Part shown: one piece after another, positions 27,951 through 43,806 of the stretch | How the letters are laid out: the number at the start of each line of letters is the position of its first letter | Numbering within the stretch: position 1 is the first letter of the stretch | Assembly (NCBI RefSeq): GCF_009914755.1 | Contig: NC_060925.1 | Length of the DNA: 64,000 nt | Reading direction: 5' to 3' (one strand) | From: the human T2T-CHM13v2.0 reference genome, Homo sapiens | The notes under the pieces: model-generated | The model's input: the letters and a program-made list of their open reading frames with translations, nothing else | Databases searched by the model: none | What the model was told of the DNA's origin: nothing | Position numbers and translations under genes: made by a program

Positions 27951-29029
27951 GAGAGCTGTGCAATGGGTGGGTTCATAAGGCTGATATTATAACAAGCCAG
28001 CCAATTCCTGTGCTGCCAGGCCTGAGGGTGTGAACGGTTGGTGGCGTTGCCAGATCCTGCAGGGTGATCTGATGGGCAAGATTAGGAAGAAGCTAGAGGT
28101 AGGGAAAGGCAACTGCTAGCCTTCTGCTCTCCACAGAACCCTGGAAAATGGCATCCACCAGCCAGTGATCACGTGCTTCAATATGCCCTAGAATGGCCCA
28201 GCCCCACATCTGACTTATCATCTTTCGCAAGCATTTCTATTTAAATCTTCCAGGCCACAAGTGCTGCAGACACAAAGGATGGAAGTATGTAATCCTGTAT
28301 TAGAATCCCTGGTATCTGTGTGCTTAATCTTTCATATTTTCAATTAAATCATGAGGAAATAATTGTGCAAACCATAAATTCACCATCCACAGGGAAGTGA
28401 TTCATTTATTATCCTTGAGAGGTTTGTAGCAGGGCATCTAAAAGCTTTAGATAAGGAGCTAATTTAATTTTGGTTCTCCTTTTGCTAAGATTTCTTACTC
28501 TGGGGTAATACATACAAAATAGGAAAAACATGTGAGGTCTGTAGGTCAAGAATATTAGCATGATTATTAATAACCAGCAATGTGACTTTCATACTGTTTT
28601 ACTTCTTCAGTCTCCAAAGTTCTTTCTCACCTACTATGTCAATTCTTCTTAAAGGTAATATAAATAAAGCAAAAATTCCAAAAATGAAGTAGCTAATTTA
28701 TGAGGGAAGCAAACTGTACTTTGGGAAGAGTCTTACCTTCAAATGTAGATATTGCCAAGCTTACAATACTTTGAATCATAGAATTCTTTTGCTGAAGGAA
28801 ATCATTCCAGAGAACTTGGCTTGTTTGGGAGGTGAAACAGCGAACGCGCAGAGCAGATTGATAGCTTGAGGACACTCCCAGTTGGTCAGGAAAGGTGCAG
28901 GGACCAGAACCCGGGTTTCCTACCCTCAATCCAGCATTCTCCCCTCCACCCCTTACTGCTTCCCTAGCTGTCACTTACTCATTCTTTCAAAAATCAGATT
29001 TCAAACTTCAAACTAAAAATGGTATCTGA

Positions 29030-30320
29030 ATTGTAATTATCTATATTTGAGTCCATCTCTCTTATTCCATCTCTCCCTAGTGACTTTAACCTCTTCCCTC
29101 GCTGTTTTTTTCTCAAATTCATAAGCCTACCACCCTTGAAAAAAAGCATCCCTTTGATCACGCGTCCCTCTCAGGTTGCCTCCTCCCCTTCTTCCCTTCA
29201 AGCCCAGCTTTTAGAAAGAATGTCTACCCTCCTGAACGCCTCTTCCTTCCCTCCCCTTCACTCCTCAGCTCACTGCCATCTGGAGTCTGTAGCTGCCACT
29301 CCACCAAACTGTTCTCACTGAAGCCTCAGACCTGGCACAACTCAAGGACCTTGCTCTTTTTGGACATCTGTACTACATGGGACGGTGTTGATCACTCCTT
29401 TCTTTTGGAAACACTCATTCCCTAACTACTGTGATATCAGCTCTTTGGTGTTTCTTTCCTTCTCAGTCTCCCTAATTGACACTTCACTTTTATGAGCCAG
29501 TGAAGCCATGAGGGTCATGGGTTGACAAATCTGGCAGGGGCAGAAGAGAGGCACAACTCTCCCAGATACGGCTCCCCCCAAAACCTTGCATCTACCACCC
29601 CAAATCAGAAATTTCATTTTCCTTCTTTCAGTTATTCATCCAACAAATATTTATCAAGTACCAACCGTGTGCCAAATAATGTACACAATGCATGGGGATA
29701 CAGACATGAGAGAGGCAAGGGCTTACTTAGCCTCTGCCTTCAGTCCGCACCTGCCTCCCATCCACTCCTCTCCAACCCATCCACCTTTCGGAAAGATGCA
29801 GCTAAGCATGCATTCCCCTTTGATTAAATCCTCCAGTGGTTCTCTTATCAAACCCAGTGCCTCAGCGTGGCATATAACTGGTACTAACCTATCTTTCTAA
29901 CCAAAGCTCTCACCACTCTCCCCAGGGAGCACTCCAGCCTCACAGAACATCTTTGCAATTTCCCCAGATGTACCTATCCTGCCTGCCTGTATGCCTTTAC
30001 ATACGCCGTCTCCTTTCTCCAGAACATGTCTCACTTACCTTCTTTGTGTGGAAATATTCTCCATGTCCCCCAAAGACAGCAAAAATTTCATCTCACCTCT
30101 CACACCTTGTCGACTGCCCTGCCCATTGTTCTCATAAATCATTGAACACGCTTTTGCTATAGCACTTAGCGCTCTGTACTATTTTCTCACGTCAGCCTTT
30201 CCAGCAGACTGTGAGCTCTAAGGAAAAACAGCATATCGTTTACCTTTGTACAAGCCTCCCGCCTAGCAAAGGCTCTGCTAGATGGTTAGCAGGCATCCGC
30301 AAGAACTTTCTGAATTAATT
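29030..30320 (+). mobile_element. L2 fragments
   Basis: tcactcctttcttttggaaacactc; cagactgtgagctc. Confidence 0.6.
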
Positions 30321-31239
30321 ATTCTCAGTGGTACCACGAACACTTGGTGCTTGTGCATCCCCATCAGCATTTCATATTTTCTGGGTTGATTTCATGTTCT
30401 TTACAATTGACTACATGTCATTACTTCTTTCTATTCTGTTTATGCACTTCAAGTGGAAAAGACAAAACCCGACCTCTTTTCTTATCCCTCAGGCTCCTCT
30501 TTATTAAGTTGAAACCGAAAATATTAAACCACAAAAAAGACTTGGTTCAAGGCCTTCCTCCTGTAGACAGCAAAGAGGTCAGATTTCCTTTCAATGGATT
30601 TGATTTATTCCTTCATAATGGAATAAAAATTAACTTCAGGGAAACAGTACATGCAGCCAGAGGTAATTCAATCACTAATGAATGAGATATTACATAACAC
30701 AATAGGCTAATTGGCTATTCTTGATTTAAAAGGCACAGCCTCTATATTTTATAATGTTTGGTTTCCTTCTTTTCTTTCCAACGTTGTCACTGTTGTAGTA
30801 ATTACTGCATAGCCCTCTTAGGAAACCGTGCCTTCCGCTCATCCCATTCCTGCCCTTTTAGATGCGCCTCGCCCACCCACCCCGGACTTCTTTGGGACTG
30901 AATTGAAAAAATCACCGCACAAAAATGCCGGTACATGCCCGACCTCCAGGATACTCCCTTCCAGCTACCTCTCCCACTCGGCTTTCCAGATTCTCCTCGC
31001 TCCCGCTTGTGGTTTGTGCCGCGGGCCCCTCACTTTCTTAGTAACACGGATGATGACTCCATTGGGACTTAGTGACCAGCTGATCTTGGCATCCCGCCGG
31101 CAGGGGGCCTCCAGATCTGCCTTGCGCTCGTCCAGTGCAGCCAGAGGCCGGGCCTGCTCCTAGGAGAACTGCCTGGAGCAGGAGCCTCAGGAAGGGGAGG
31201 GGACTGGTGGGGCACCGGCACGGTCTCGTACCTGGCCTT

Positions 31240-31352
31240 TTTCTGGGTTTTAGAGACGGGGTCTCATTGTGTTACTCAGAGTGGATTCTAACTCCTGGGC
31301 TCAAGCGGCCCTCCTGCCTCAGCCTTCCGAGAGCAGCTGGGACTACAGGCGT
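31240..31352 (-). mobile_element. FLAM/AluJ monomer fragment
   Basis: agagacggggtctcattgtgtt...ctcctgggctcaagcg...gctgggactacaggcgtg. Confidence 0.75.
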
Positions 31353-31359
31353 GGCACCA

Positions 31360-32852
<1,493 letters not shown>

Positions 32853-33024
32853 AACAGCTTCTCTTAAACCTCTATCTAATTGGTCAGCAAATCCCGTCAT
32901 CTCTCCCTCCTGGCCTCCTCCACTTGGGAGGGCACTGGGAAACACTGTCCTTGTATTTATAGTCCTTTAATCCCAACCATTACTAACATCATGTGTAGAC
33001 AGTGGTCAGAATGAAGCCAGACTG

Positions 33025-33206
33025 CAGTGGTTCTCAACCTTGGCAGCAGTTGGAATCACCTGGGGGACTTTTAAAAATACTGGTGCCTGTGTCCCACCCC
33101 AGAGATTCTGCTTTAATTGGTCTGGGATATGACCTGAGAGTTTTAAAAGCTAACCCCAGCTCCCGCCCAGGTGGTTCTAATGTTCAGCCAAGTTTTCAAA
33201 CAGCTG
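33025..33206. mobile_element. MER5A/MER5A1 DNA transposon
   Basis: cagtggttctcaaccttggc...gaatcacctgggg...ccaggtggttctaatgt. Confidence 0.8.
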
Positions 33207-33321
33207 TGCTAGGGCTTAAAAAAGACCCAGTGAAAATCATTAGCGTTAATCAGTGCTTAAATGTCAAGTAGATTTTGGTATCACACACTAAAAAACTTTC
33301 CAAAATATTAAAGTAAACAAT

Positions 33322-33482
33322 ACAGACAGTCCCCAACTTAGTGACGGTTTGATTTATGATTTTCAGCTTCATGATTGGTTTATTGGGGTATTAAATGCGT
33401 TTTTGGCTTATGCTATTTTCGACTTACTATGGGTTTATCAGGATGTGACATGACCCCATCATAAGTCATGAAACATCTTGCA
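33322..33482. mobile_element. MER47/Tigger5-like element
   Basis: cagacagtccccaactta...cgacttactatgggtttatcagga...cccatcataagtc. Confidence 0.65.
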
Positions 33483-33684
33483 GTTAAAACTGGGAGATTA
33501 TATAAGTACACCCTCGTCTCTTTGAATGAGCCTTATAATTTTAATCTTCACTTTGATAATTTTTTCTCATTTTAATAAAATATTTTAGTTTTCAATATTG
33601 ATCATTTAGTGAGAAAATCCCAGCACTGCCTAAAATATTGGGCAGAATATCACTATCTCAGCTCCATTTTACATCCTCTGTGTT

Positions 33685-33995
33685 TTTCTTTTCTTTTTGT
33701 GGGGAGGGGATGGGGTCTCACTCTGTTGCCCAGGCTGCAGTGCAGTGATGCCCTCTCAGCTCACTGTAACCTCTACCTCCTGGGCTCAAGTGATCCTCCT
33801 GCCTCTGCCTCCCAGCCTGTAGCTTGGGACTACAGGCATGCACCACCACACCTGGTTAATTTTTGCTCCTTTTTTTGTAGAGATGAGGTCTTACTATGTT
33901 CCCAGGCTGGTCTCAAACTCCTAGGTTCAAGCAGTTCTCTGACCGTGGCCTTCTAAAGTGCTAGAGTCATAGGCATGAGCCACTGCGCCTGGCCC
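33685..33995 (-). mobile_element. AluJ element
   Basis: Dimer with J-type ctcctgggctcaag; TSD ctgtgtttt. Confidence 0.88.
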
Positions 33996-35250
33996 GCTGT
34001 GTTTTCTTTTCAAGCACAGTAATTTTTTCTGTGAATTTTGGGGAAACTGAGCTGAGAAGCTCACCTCTGTTTTTGGCAATGTTGTAGGAGTTTAACAGAT
34101 TAATGAGGCCAGTTTTATCACCTTAATTTTCTTTTTAAATTTTCTAGCACTTTTCCTCCAGAGGCATTCATGGGGGGTCATCACGTCACAGTTTTTTCAT
34201 GATACGTTAACAAGCAGGGGAGAAAGAGACAATTGGTAAGTAAAGAACGATATCTAAAAGCAACTCACAGAGTCGGGGGTGAAAGGACAGGGGAGAGGAG
34301 AGGCATCAAAGGGCCTGCAGCGAGGGGCGCCTCTTCTCAGTTCCTACCGCCGGGAGAGAGCTGGGAGAATAGACAGCTGGCTCATCATGAAGGGTCACCC
34401 ACATCACCGCAGCAGAACCCAGCTTTTCCCTTCCACGTCCTGATTCCTACTTTTCTCAGCTCAAAATTTCTATTTCCACCTGTTTACTAGAATTGAAGGA
34501 AATTCCTGATTAACCTAAAAAACACAGTTTGGGTTGCCTGATTTTCCTATTAACTTCTTCCTCTGATGTGTATTGTTCCAGAGAGACAGCATGCAAACTG
34601 TGTTCATCTGAAACCCAAAGTTTATTTATTTTAAAACGTGTCAGCCAGTGTGTCACACAAATCAATAAAAATAACTCTTGTAAAAAAAGAAATCCCTAAA
34701 AGGGAATGGAGTCAGAAATTTTGTGGTGTGTTTTATTACTTGTTTATTTTTGCTCTCATTTTACCACTCTTGTATTTCAAGCTTGAATTATGATTATACT
34801 TCTGAAATAATTTTAAGCAAACAAAAATATTCATCACACTATGAAAACAAATATCCAAAAATATGCTCTATGGTCACAATTTTTGTATCTGAACATTTAC
34901 CTACGACTCTGTATATGAACAGTGATACTTGTTTTTCAATCATTTCTTATTTGACTTGTAAAACAGAATTTTTCTATTTTTGGAAAATATCTTAAAAATT
35001 AAGAACAAGCCCTTCTCCTCAGTGCTACACATAAAGGACCTTCTTTGTCACCTTCTGTCCTGGAATGACAGGACAGGTCGACCCTAATTTCACTCCTCTA
35101 AACAAGGTAATGATGGCTTGTGCAGGAAATCTAAATCTGGCCTCAGAGGCAGCCCAGTGATTTTCCAGGTCAAGGGAAAGGGAGAAAGCAAAGATCTGAA
35201 GCTCTGCCCTCCTCTCCTGGGTATCTGCCGTCCACAGAGCTGGGGGAAGT

Positions 35251-35264
35251 CTGCCATCTAGTGG
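35251..35264 (-). promoter_or_regulatory. CTCF core motif CCACTAGATGGCAG
   Basis: ctgccatctagtgg on + strand; close match to the CTCF consensus CCASYAGRKGGCRS. Confidence 0.55.
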
Positions 35265-36059
35265 AAAGTAGAGGGCACTGACAGTTACTTGCAATAGTGG
35301 TTTCCCAGGACCGCTTGAGCATCAAGCGTTTCTGATCCGGGGGCATAGCTTCCATCAGGGACAGGGTGGACTAGCAGAAGAATATTCAACAACAACAAGT
35401 AACATTCAAACCCAATACACAAATGTTTCTTTATATATATAAACTACACATAGTGCCCTATACAAAGTGCTTCTTCATAAAGTAGTGCCAGGTGAAGTGC
35501 TAAGTGTTTTAGTTAATAAATCTCATCTCATTTCTACAGTGATTATCAATGTATTCTGCATGATTTTTCCTATACAATGGCAAAAACACAGGGTGGGAAG
35601 TATACTTAATCCCTAACACAGTGATTACCATTATACTTTTAAAATTGCTGTACAGAGAATATTTTCCATCTGTTCAGATCCATACAATAATCGATTTCAG
35701 TTTATGCTTGTCTTTTGACAACAATTGACATATTCAGGTAACAACATTAAGGGGGCTGGGGGACAGACCAGGTTACTCAGATATATTTGTGCTCTCTCCT
35801 TTTGATTTCATTTGATTTCATTTGTTACACTGTTCCAATTTGCTTTAAGTGATTGTTTTTAATTATGTTAAAGTAGCACATGCCATGCATATATTTAAAA
35901 GCATGGTCTCCTCTTCCGCCCCTTCCCACCTCTAGTCTTGGTCCCTAGAGGTAATGACCTGCAGTTCTGTTAGTTGCTTCTTTTCGTATTTTCCTCCATA
36001 ATCTCTAAATAAAACGCTCTGCTTCTATTTCCTTGTCTGTCTGTGGTGGATTGACTGCC

Positions 36060-36392
36060 TTAATTTGGGTTCTTTCAGAGGCAGATCCTGAAATGGATGA
36101 TTCAAGGACAGGATGGGAAAGTAAGATGAGGAGAAGGCCATCAGTAAAGGGCAAATCATCACACCAGCTGCCACCATAGGCACCTGCACCAGACCCAGTG
36201 TAGAAATGGGAGCCAGTGCGAAACAGAGCTCACGACCACTGGTTTAGAGCTGCTCCTGTCACATGGGCAGCAAGTAAGCTCCAGCACCAAGAGCAACACC
36301 AAAGCAGATGCTGGCAATTGCACACAGAGCTGCCTTGTGCAGCCGTGGTCAGGGCCAGGTGTGTGGGCAGGGAACTGCCAGTGTCTGCTACA
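36060..36392. mobile_element. LTR33-like ERVL LTR (degenerate)
   Basis: ttgggttctttcagaggcagatcctga ... gtgtctgctaca resembles recalled LTR33 termini. Confidence 0.6.
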
Positions 36393-36427
36393 GCCATCTC
36401 ACCTGTCGGGTACCCAGGTAAGCAAGA
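36303..36427 (+). repeat. Copy A of a 125-bp dispersed direct repeat
   Basis: 120/125 identical to 43682-43806 by hand alignment, no gaps. Confidence 0.95.
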
Positions 36428-36632
36428 GCCTTGCACACCCCCACCTTCCTCATCCTTCCCTTTTCACCCCACCTCCTCTCTCCTACTGCTCAGCTTCTGA
36501 TTACATTTGCTTCCTTGTTTACATTCTTCTATAGCTATATTTAGGCCTACAGTTTGATTTTGAAAGCACATTGATGATGTGACTTTGCAGTATTTTTCAC
36601 TGCCGAGCTAGTGTTCACTATAATTACATTTC

Positions 36633-36937
36633 TTTTTTTTTTTTTTTTGAGACAGGGTCTCGCTCTGTTGCCCAGGCTGGAGTGCAGTGGCACAATCACA
36701 GCTCACTGCAGCCTGACCTCCCAGGCTCAAGCAATCCTCCCACCTTAGCTGCTCTCCCCTCAATAGCTGGGACTACAAGCACAGGCCACCATGCCCAGCT
36801 AATTTTTATATTTTTCGTACAGATGGGGTTTTGCTACGTTACCAAGGCTGGTCTCAAACTCCTAGCCTCAAGCGATCTGCCCACTTCAGCTTCTCAAAGT
36901 GCTGGGATTATATAGGCATGAGCCGCCACACCCAGCC
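36633..36937 (-). mobile_element. AluJ element
   Basis: Dimer; TSD acatttcttttt. Confidence 0.88.
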
Positions 36938-36995
36938 ACATTTCTTTTATATTAGAGCTTTTTAATTTTTCCTGAAGTTATTAACTGCCTTTTAA

Positions 36996-37407
<412 letters not shown>

Positions 37408-37626
37408 CATGGAGACCCTTTCTATGTAGAGTTTCTCTGCAGGGCCTTGTCTCATACTGTGGAATGTTCCTACAAGGGAATACTACTCTGCAAAACAAAG
37501 AATAAATTATTGAGACATGCAACAACACAGATAACTCTGATTGACTTTGCAGAGTGAAAAGCTAGACATTTACATAAAATTCTATGAAATACAAATGAAT
37601 CTACAGTGATAGAAAGAAAGAAATCA

Positions 37627-37920
<294 letters not shown>

Positions 37921-40862
37921 AAGAAAGCAATCAGTGGTTTCTTGATGTACTCAGAAACTGGTATGTTCACCATCTTTTGTTCATGGGTATGTACATATGT
38001 CAAAGCTTATGAAATTATATAATTTAAACATGTGCAGTTTATTGTGATTAATTATAATAAATCGTTACACTCAATAAAGTGTTGATGATGTCAATGGTAC
38101 CATGAATAAAATAGAAAGATTATTAGTTAATGCTATGTGAATAAAATAGAAAGAACATTGTTGAACAAACCATTTGACCAATGAATGTTTCTCACTGCCT
38201 TATAAAAAGAGTAAGTGAATTATTAAGGCTTAGCAAAGTAAAGAAAGTCTCCCACAGTCTCTGATTGGAATTCCATAAAACAATAGCCGTACATTTTTAC
38301 TAGACAAAGAAAACATACATATAAAATAGCTAACTTTTCAAACTCCAGCAAAAGTCTCCATTCATTTACTTTTTGTTTGCCTTAATATAGCTTTATTACC
38401 TTATAGAACATTTCCCTATATCTTAAGGGGGAACATCTTTACAAAGAGTAAAGCAGGAAGGGAATAAAATCAGGACAAAAACAAAGATCACTAAAGGATG
38501 AGCTTTAAACCATGTTCCTCATCTTCTGGTAGAATTCCACCAGATTCTTCTACTTAGAAACTCAAGCACCCAACTCATCAATTTCACCTCTAATTCTACA
38601 CTTGCAACTTTATCAGCCATGTCTTCTGAGAGCTTGCACTCATATTCACCAACACATCCAAAACCAAAACAGATTTAGAAACAGCTCTAGACTCCTTGCA
38701 GAGAGGGAGTCTCACCTTATCATTCTTTTCAGCATTCCAAGTAATTGTACCCTCTCCCATCCTTCCCATCTTCTCCCCAGGCCATTGAAAAGGGTTGAAT
38801 TTTAAGTACATAGTTGACCCTTCAACCTGGACACCGTTTATTGAACTGTCTGGTTGTGAAACTGCATTGCCACATATCAATATAGTTGTGGGAACTTGGA
38901 GATTCAATAGGTATAACAATCTGTTTATGTTAAAACAAACAAAACAGCCATCTCCTTTTATGTGCAGAGCCTACTGCTGTAAGGCACAAGGCTTACTCCT
39001 GAGACAGAGTACCAGGAGACAGGAGGCAATTTGAGAGGCTATAGCAAGATAACTGAGTAAAATACTAACTTGTATTTATGTCCCTATATTTTCCCTTTTT
39101 TCTCATTTCAGAGCAGGAGTCAGGCCTTTAGCATTTTCTTCCCTTGGTGATTTTTTAAAGTAGAAATCAGAAGTCACTTTTGATCAAAGTCTTTTCTGTC
39201 TTTTGCAAACACTGAAGCTACCTGCAGAGAGGATGACAGGGGCCTCAGAGGGAAGAGGAGAGGGATAATTTTAAGAGCAAAGAGAAAAAGAGGTGGGTCG
39301 GAGGTTTGGAAGAAGACAAAGGTTAGTGGGTCCCAAGGCTAAGGGAGATCCACATTCTACTCATCACCCTTTCAGAGTGGAAAGGCCGGACCCCAGACAC
39401 AGACACTCCATGTCTTCCCAACTCCTCCCATCCCAAGCATGGCACAACTGCTGGAACCAAGGGACCATGCAGGCTAGAACAAAGGGCGCCTCAGCTGTGA
39501 GTGGTGTAGACCATGGCCAGTGTCCAAAGGGGCCAACATCCTAGATCATTGGCACAACACTGAGTGGTTAAGGAGCTGGACTTAAGTTGATTTAAATTAA
39601 AAAAGAAAAAACCACATTTTTACCATCCCATTTGCTGCAGTAAGATTGATGTGGGGACCCCCTGCAGTACAGCAAATACTGGCTGGGTGACACATAGCTA
39701 CAGAAGGCACTGATTACAGGTGCTGGGATTCAGGCCACTTCATCCTGAGCCCGTGGCTGAGATTGTGTGGTAGAATCGGTGTAATCAGATGAGTGTAAAC
39801 TCATGCTGACTAGGGAAAACTGGGAGTCTATAATAAGCTTAGGTTCGAAGCGTACTTTAGAAAGCTTTAAAATCCCTGGACAAACCAGCCTCTCTTTCTG
39901 GAGTAACAAAATACAAATCACTTGTTTGTTATGGTTATCTTGACTTTGTGGAAGTGAATTTAAAACAGGACATTATCAATGAACACAAAACAAAAAATCA
40001 AATAAAAGGATTGTTTCCAACATTGTCAAACTTGTGTAAATTAAAAACAAATAAACAAACCAACCAACCCTGGGCAGATACAAAGTGATCAGAGAAGGAA
40101 GTGAGGACAGTGGGAGCCTTGTTAGTTTGCTAAGATTAAAATCCTCTGTAATTCTCAGAAAATATCTAGAAAGATTTTAAGGTTTCTAAGTTAATTCTCT
40201 TTTTAAAAATTACAATTCTCCCTGGAGGAGGAGAGGCACAGAGAAGCCAATAGACATGCTACCTGGAGAATGGGCCCACGTGTCCAGGTAGCAGTAAGCT
40301 ATTCTGTCTGTGATGGACATAACAGTTCCCAGAAACTGAGGTATTTTCCATCATTTCCAGTGATACTACCCCAAGTGTCCCCCACCCCCCGAGGAGAGAC
40401 ATTTGAATCTTATTTAGGGAATACCCCCAAGAAACTGCTGCTATTGCAGAACTAGAAAGCAAGAAATGGAGAAATGAATGATGATGTGGCTCCCTCAGAG
40501 TCCCCTCTGCTTCCTGGATTGCTGCCTCCCTGGGCTTCCTCTCCTGCAGCCACACGGGCCTCCTGCAGGTTCCTCCCTCCTGTGGCCACTGCATCTGCTT
40601 CCCTCTGCTGCCTGGATGCTCTTTCCAGACTCAGTATAGAGCATTCCTGCACCACCTTCAAACAGCACCTCCTCAATAAGGCCTTCTCTATCAATCTCTG
40701 TACAACTGCAGCCCTGGCCACAGCCCCAGCTCTCCCTTCTGCACTTAGCACCATCTGACACACTACATGTTTTACTTAATAGTTTATCATCTGTCTCTCC
40801 CCACTAGACAAGAAGTACTGAGTCTTTTGTTCAATGTTGTGACCTCAGCCCACATTGGCTGC

Positions 40863-43115
40863 TGTATTAGTCCATTTTCACACTGCTGATAAAGACATAC
40901 CTGAGACTGGGAAGAAAAAGAGGTTTCAATGGACTTACAGTTCCACATGGCAGGGGAGGCCTCAAAATCATGGAGGGAGGCAAAAGGCACTTCTTACATG
41001 GCAGCGGCAAGATAAAATGAGGAAGAATCAAAAGTGGAAACCCCTGATAAACCCATCAGATCTTGTGAGACTTATTCACTATCACAAGAAAAGCATGGGA
41101 AAGACCTGCCTCCATGATTCAATTATCTCCCCCTGGGTACCTCCCACAACATGTGGGAATTCTGGGAGATATAATTCCAGTTGAGATTTTGGTGGGGACA
41201 CAGCCAAACCATATCATTCCACCCCTGGCCCTCCAAATCTCATGTCCTCACATTTCAAAACCAATCATGCCTCCACCAGTTCCCCAAAGTCTTAACTCAT
41301 TTCATCATTAACCCCAAAAGTCCACAGTCCAAAGTCTCATCTGAGACAAAGGAAGTCCCTTCCACCTATGAGCCTGTAAAATCAAAAGCAAGCAGTTACT
41401 TCCTAGATACAGTGGGGATACAGTTATTGGGTAAATACAGCCATTCCCAGTGGGAGAAATTGGCCAAAACAAAGGGGTTACAGGGCCCATGCAAGTCCGA
41501 AATCCAGCAGGGCAGTCAAATTTTACAGTTCCAAAATGATTTCCTTTGACTCCAGGTCTCACATCCAGGTCATGCTGATGCAAGAGGTGGGTTCCCTTGA
41601 TCTTGGGCAGCTCTGCCCCTGTGGCTTTGCAGGGTACAGCTTTTCTTCCGGCTGCTTTCATGGGCTCGTGTTGAGTGTCTGCAGCTTTTCCAGGCACACA
41701 GTACAAGCCGTCTGTGGATCTACCATTCTGGGGTCTGGAGGATGGTGGCCCTCTTCTCACAGCTCCACTGCGCAGTGTCCTAGTAGGGACACTGTATAGG
41801 GGCTCCAACCCCACGTTTCCCTTCTGCACTGCCCTAGCAGAGGTTCTCCATGAGGGCCCAGCCCCTGCAGCAAACTGTTGCCTGGGCATCCAGGCGTTTC
41901 CATACATCTTCTGAAATCTAGGTGAAGGTTCCCAAACCTCAGTGCTTGACCTCTTTACACCCACAGGCTCAACACCACATGGAAGCTGCCAAGGCTTGGG
42001 ATTCCACCCTCTGAAGCCACAGCCTGAGCTGTACATTGACTCTTTTCAGCCACGGCTGGGACACAGGGCACCAAGTCCCTAGGCTGCACACAGCATGGGG
42101 ACCCTGGGCCTGGCCCACAAAACCACTTTTTCCTCCTGGGCCTCTGGGCCTGTGATGGGAGGGGCTGCCATAAAGTCTCTGACATGGCCTGGAGACATTT
42201 TCTCCACGGTCTTGGGGATTAACATTAACAGCTCCTTGCTACTTAAGCAAATTTCTACAGCCAGGTTGAATTTCTCCCCAGAAAATGGATTTTTCCTTTC
42301 TGTTGCATAGTCAGGCTGCAAATTTTCCAAACTTTTATGCTGTGCTTCCCTTATAAAACTGAATGCCTTTAACAGTACCCAAGTCACCTCTTGAAGGCTT
42401 TGCTGCTTAGAAATTTCTTTTGCCAGATACCCTAAATTATCTCTCTCAAGTTCAAAGATCCACAAATCTCTAGGGCAGGGGCAAAACGCCCCCAGTCTCT
42501 TTGCTAAAACATAACAAGAGTCAACTTTGCTCCATTCCTAACAAGGTCCTCATCTCCATCCTAAATCACCTCAGCCTGGATTTTATTGTCCACATTGCTA
42601 TCAGCATTTTGGGCTAAGCCATTCAACAACTCTCTAGGAAGTTCAGAACTTTCTCACGTTTTCTTGCCTTCTTCTGAGCCCTCCAATCTGTTCCAATCTC
42701 TGCCTGTTACCCAGTTCCAAAGTCACTTCCACATTTTCAGGTATCTTTTCAGCAACGCCCCACTTTACGGGTACCAATTTACTGTATTAGTCCATTTTCA
42801 CATTGCTGATAAAGACATATCCAAGACTGCACAATTTACAAAAGAAGCCTCATAATCATGGCAGAAGGCAAGGAGGAGCAAGTCACATCTTACATGGATG
42901 GCAGCAGGCAAAGAGAGAGAGAGTTTGTGCAGGGAAACTCCTGTTTTTAAAACCATCAGATCTCATGAGACTCATTCACTATCATGAGAAGAGTGCAGGA
43001 AAGACCCACCCCCATAATTCATTCACCTCCCACCAGTTCCTTCCATGACATGTGGGAATTGTGGGAGTTACAATTCAAGATGGGATTTGGATGGGGATAA
43101 AGCCAAGCCATAACA
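40863..43115 (-). mobile_element. Full-length THE1 (ERVL-MaLR) provirus: LTR 40863-41216, internal 41217-42782, LTR 42783-43115, inserted in an L2 3' end
   Basis: Both LTRs run tgtattagtcc...ccata(t/a)ca on +; about 1.57-kb internal region; 5-bp TSD gctgc/ggtgc. Confidence 0.92.
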
Positions 43116-43594
43116 GGTGCCTACTAAATGCACACTGCAAGAACAAATGAGTGAGTGAATGCTGGTGGAATAAATGCTGAAGTGGCCTGGGGTTAGTGGC
43201 TGTGGCTTAGTGTCTGGGTATAGGATTCTGGGGCCCACTGACAATCATCTTTGTTTACACTGTGGTCAGAAAGCTGGTCAGCTTGGACTTGAGCACAGTG
43301 GAAGGGGCTAGGCTGGGAGAACATCATAGGATGTGCTCTCCCAGAGAGTGGCCTAAATGACTTCAGACTGCTCCACATGTCTCCCAATGAGAGCATATGG
43401 CAAAGGAGGGTTGCTCCCTCCACAGTATTTTTACTCCTTTGGTGCTCTTTTCAAAAAAGGAAGTTCCATGAGAACAAAAGGGCTGGCAAAGTTCCTATTG
43501 GGGGATGAGGAAGCCATGCCACATTTTTACAAATGCAACCTAATGCCAAGCTCAAAGACAAAATACTGTAAAGTACAATCTCTGCTTGCATAAA

Positions 43595-43600
43595 TTTATT
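43595..43600 (-). terminator. Distal polyadenylation signal AATAAA
   Basis: tttatt on + strand at 43595-43600, followed on the minus strand by GU/U-rich sequence (TTGTACTTT, TATTTTGTCTTTG). Confidence 0.6.
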
Positions 43601-43681
43601 CTCTTGACTGGGAGACAAGACTAATAGGTGAGAAACAAATATGGCAGCATTTTTCTAACAAAGATTCCCTGAGAACAGAGG

Positions 43682-43806
43682 AGCAGATGCTGGCAATTGC
43701 ACACAGAGCTGCCTTGTGCAGCTGTGGACAGGGACAGGTGTGTGGGCAGGGAACTGCCAGTGTCTGCTACAGCCATCTCACCTGTCAGGTATCCAGGTAA
43801 GCAAGA
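43682..43806 (+). repeat. Copy B of the 125-bp dispersed direct repeat (inside the long 3' UTR)
   Basis: 120/125 identical to 36303-36427. Confidence 0.95.

Noticed and set aside
41308-42036. Longest ORF in the window (242 aa)
   Set aside because: Lies wholly in the THE1 internal region; it is a remnant of the MaLR internal ORF, not evidence of a host gene.
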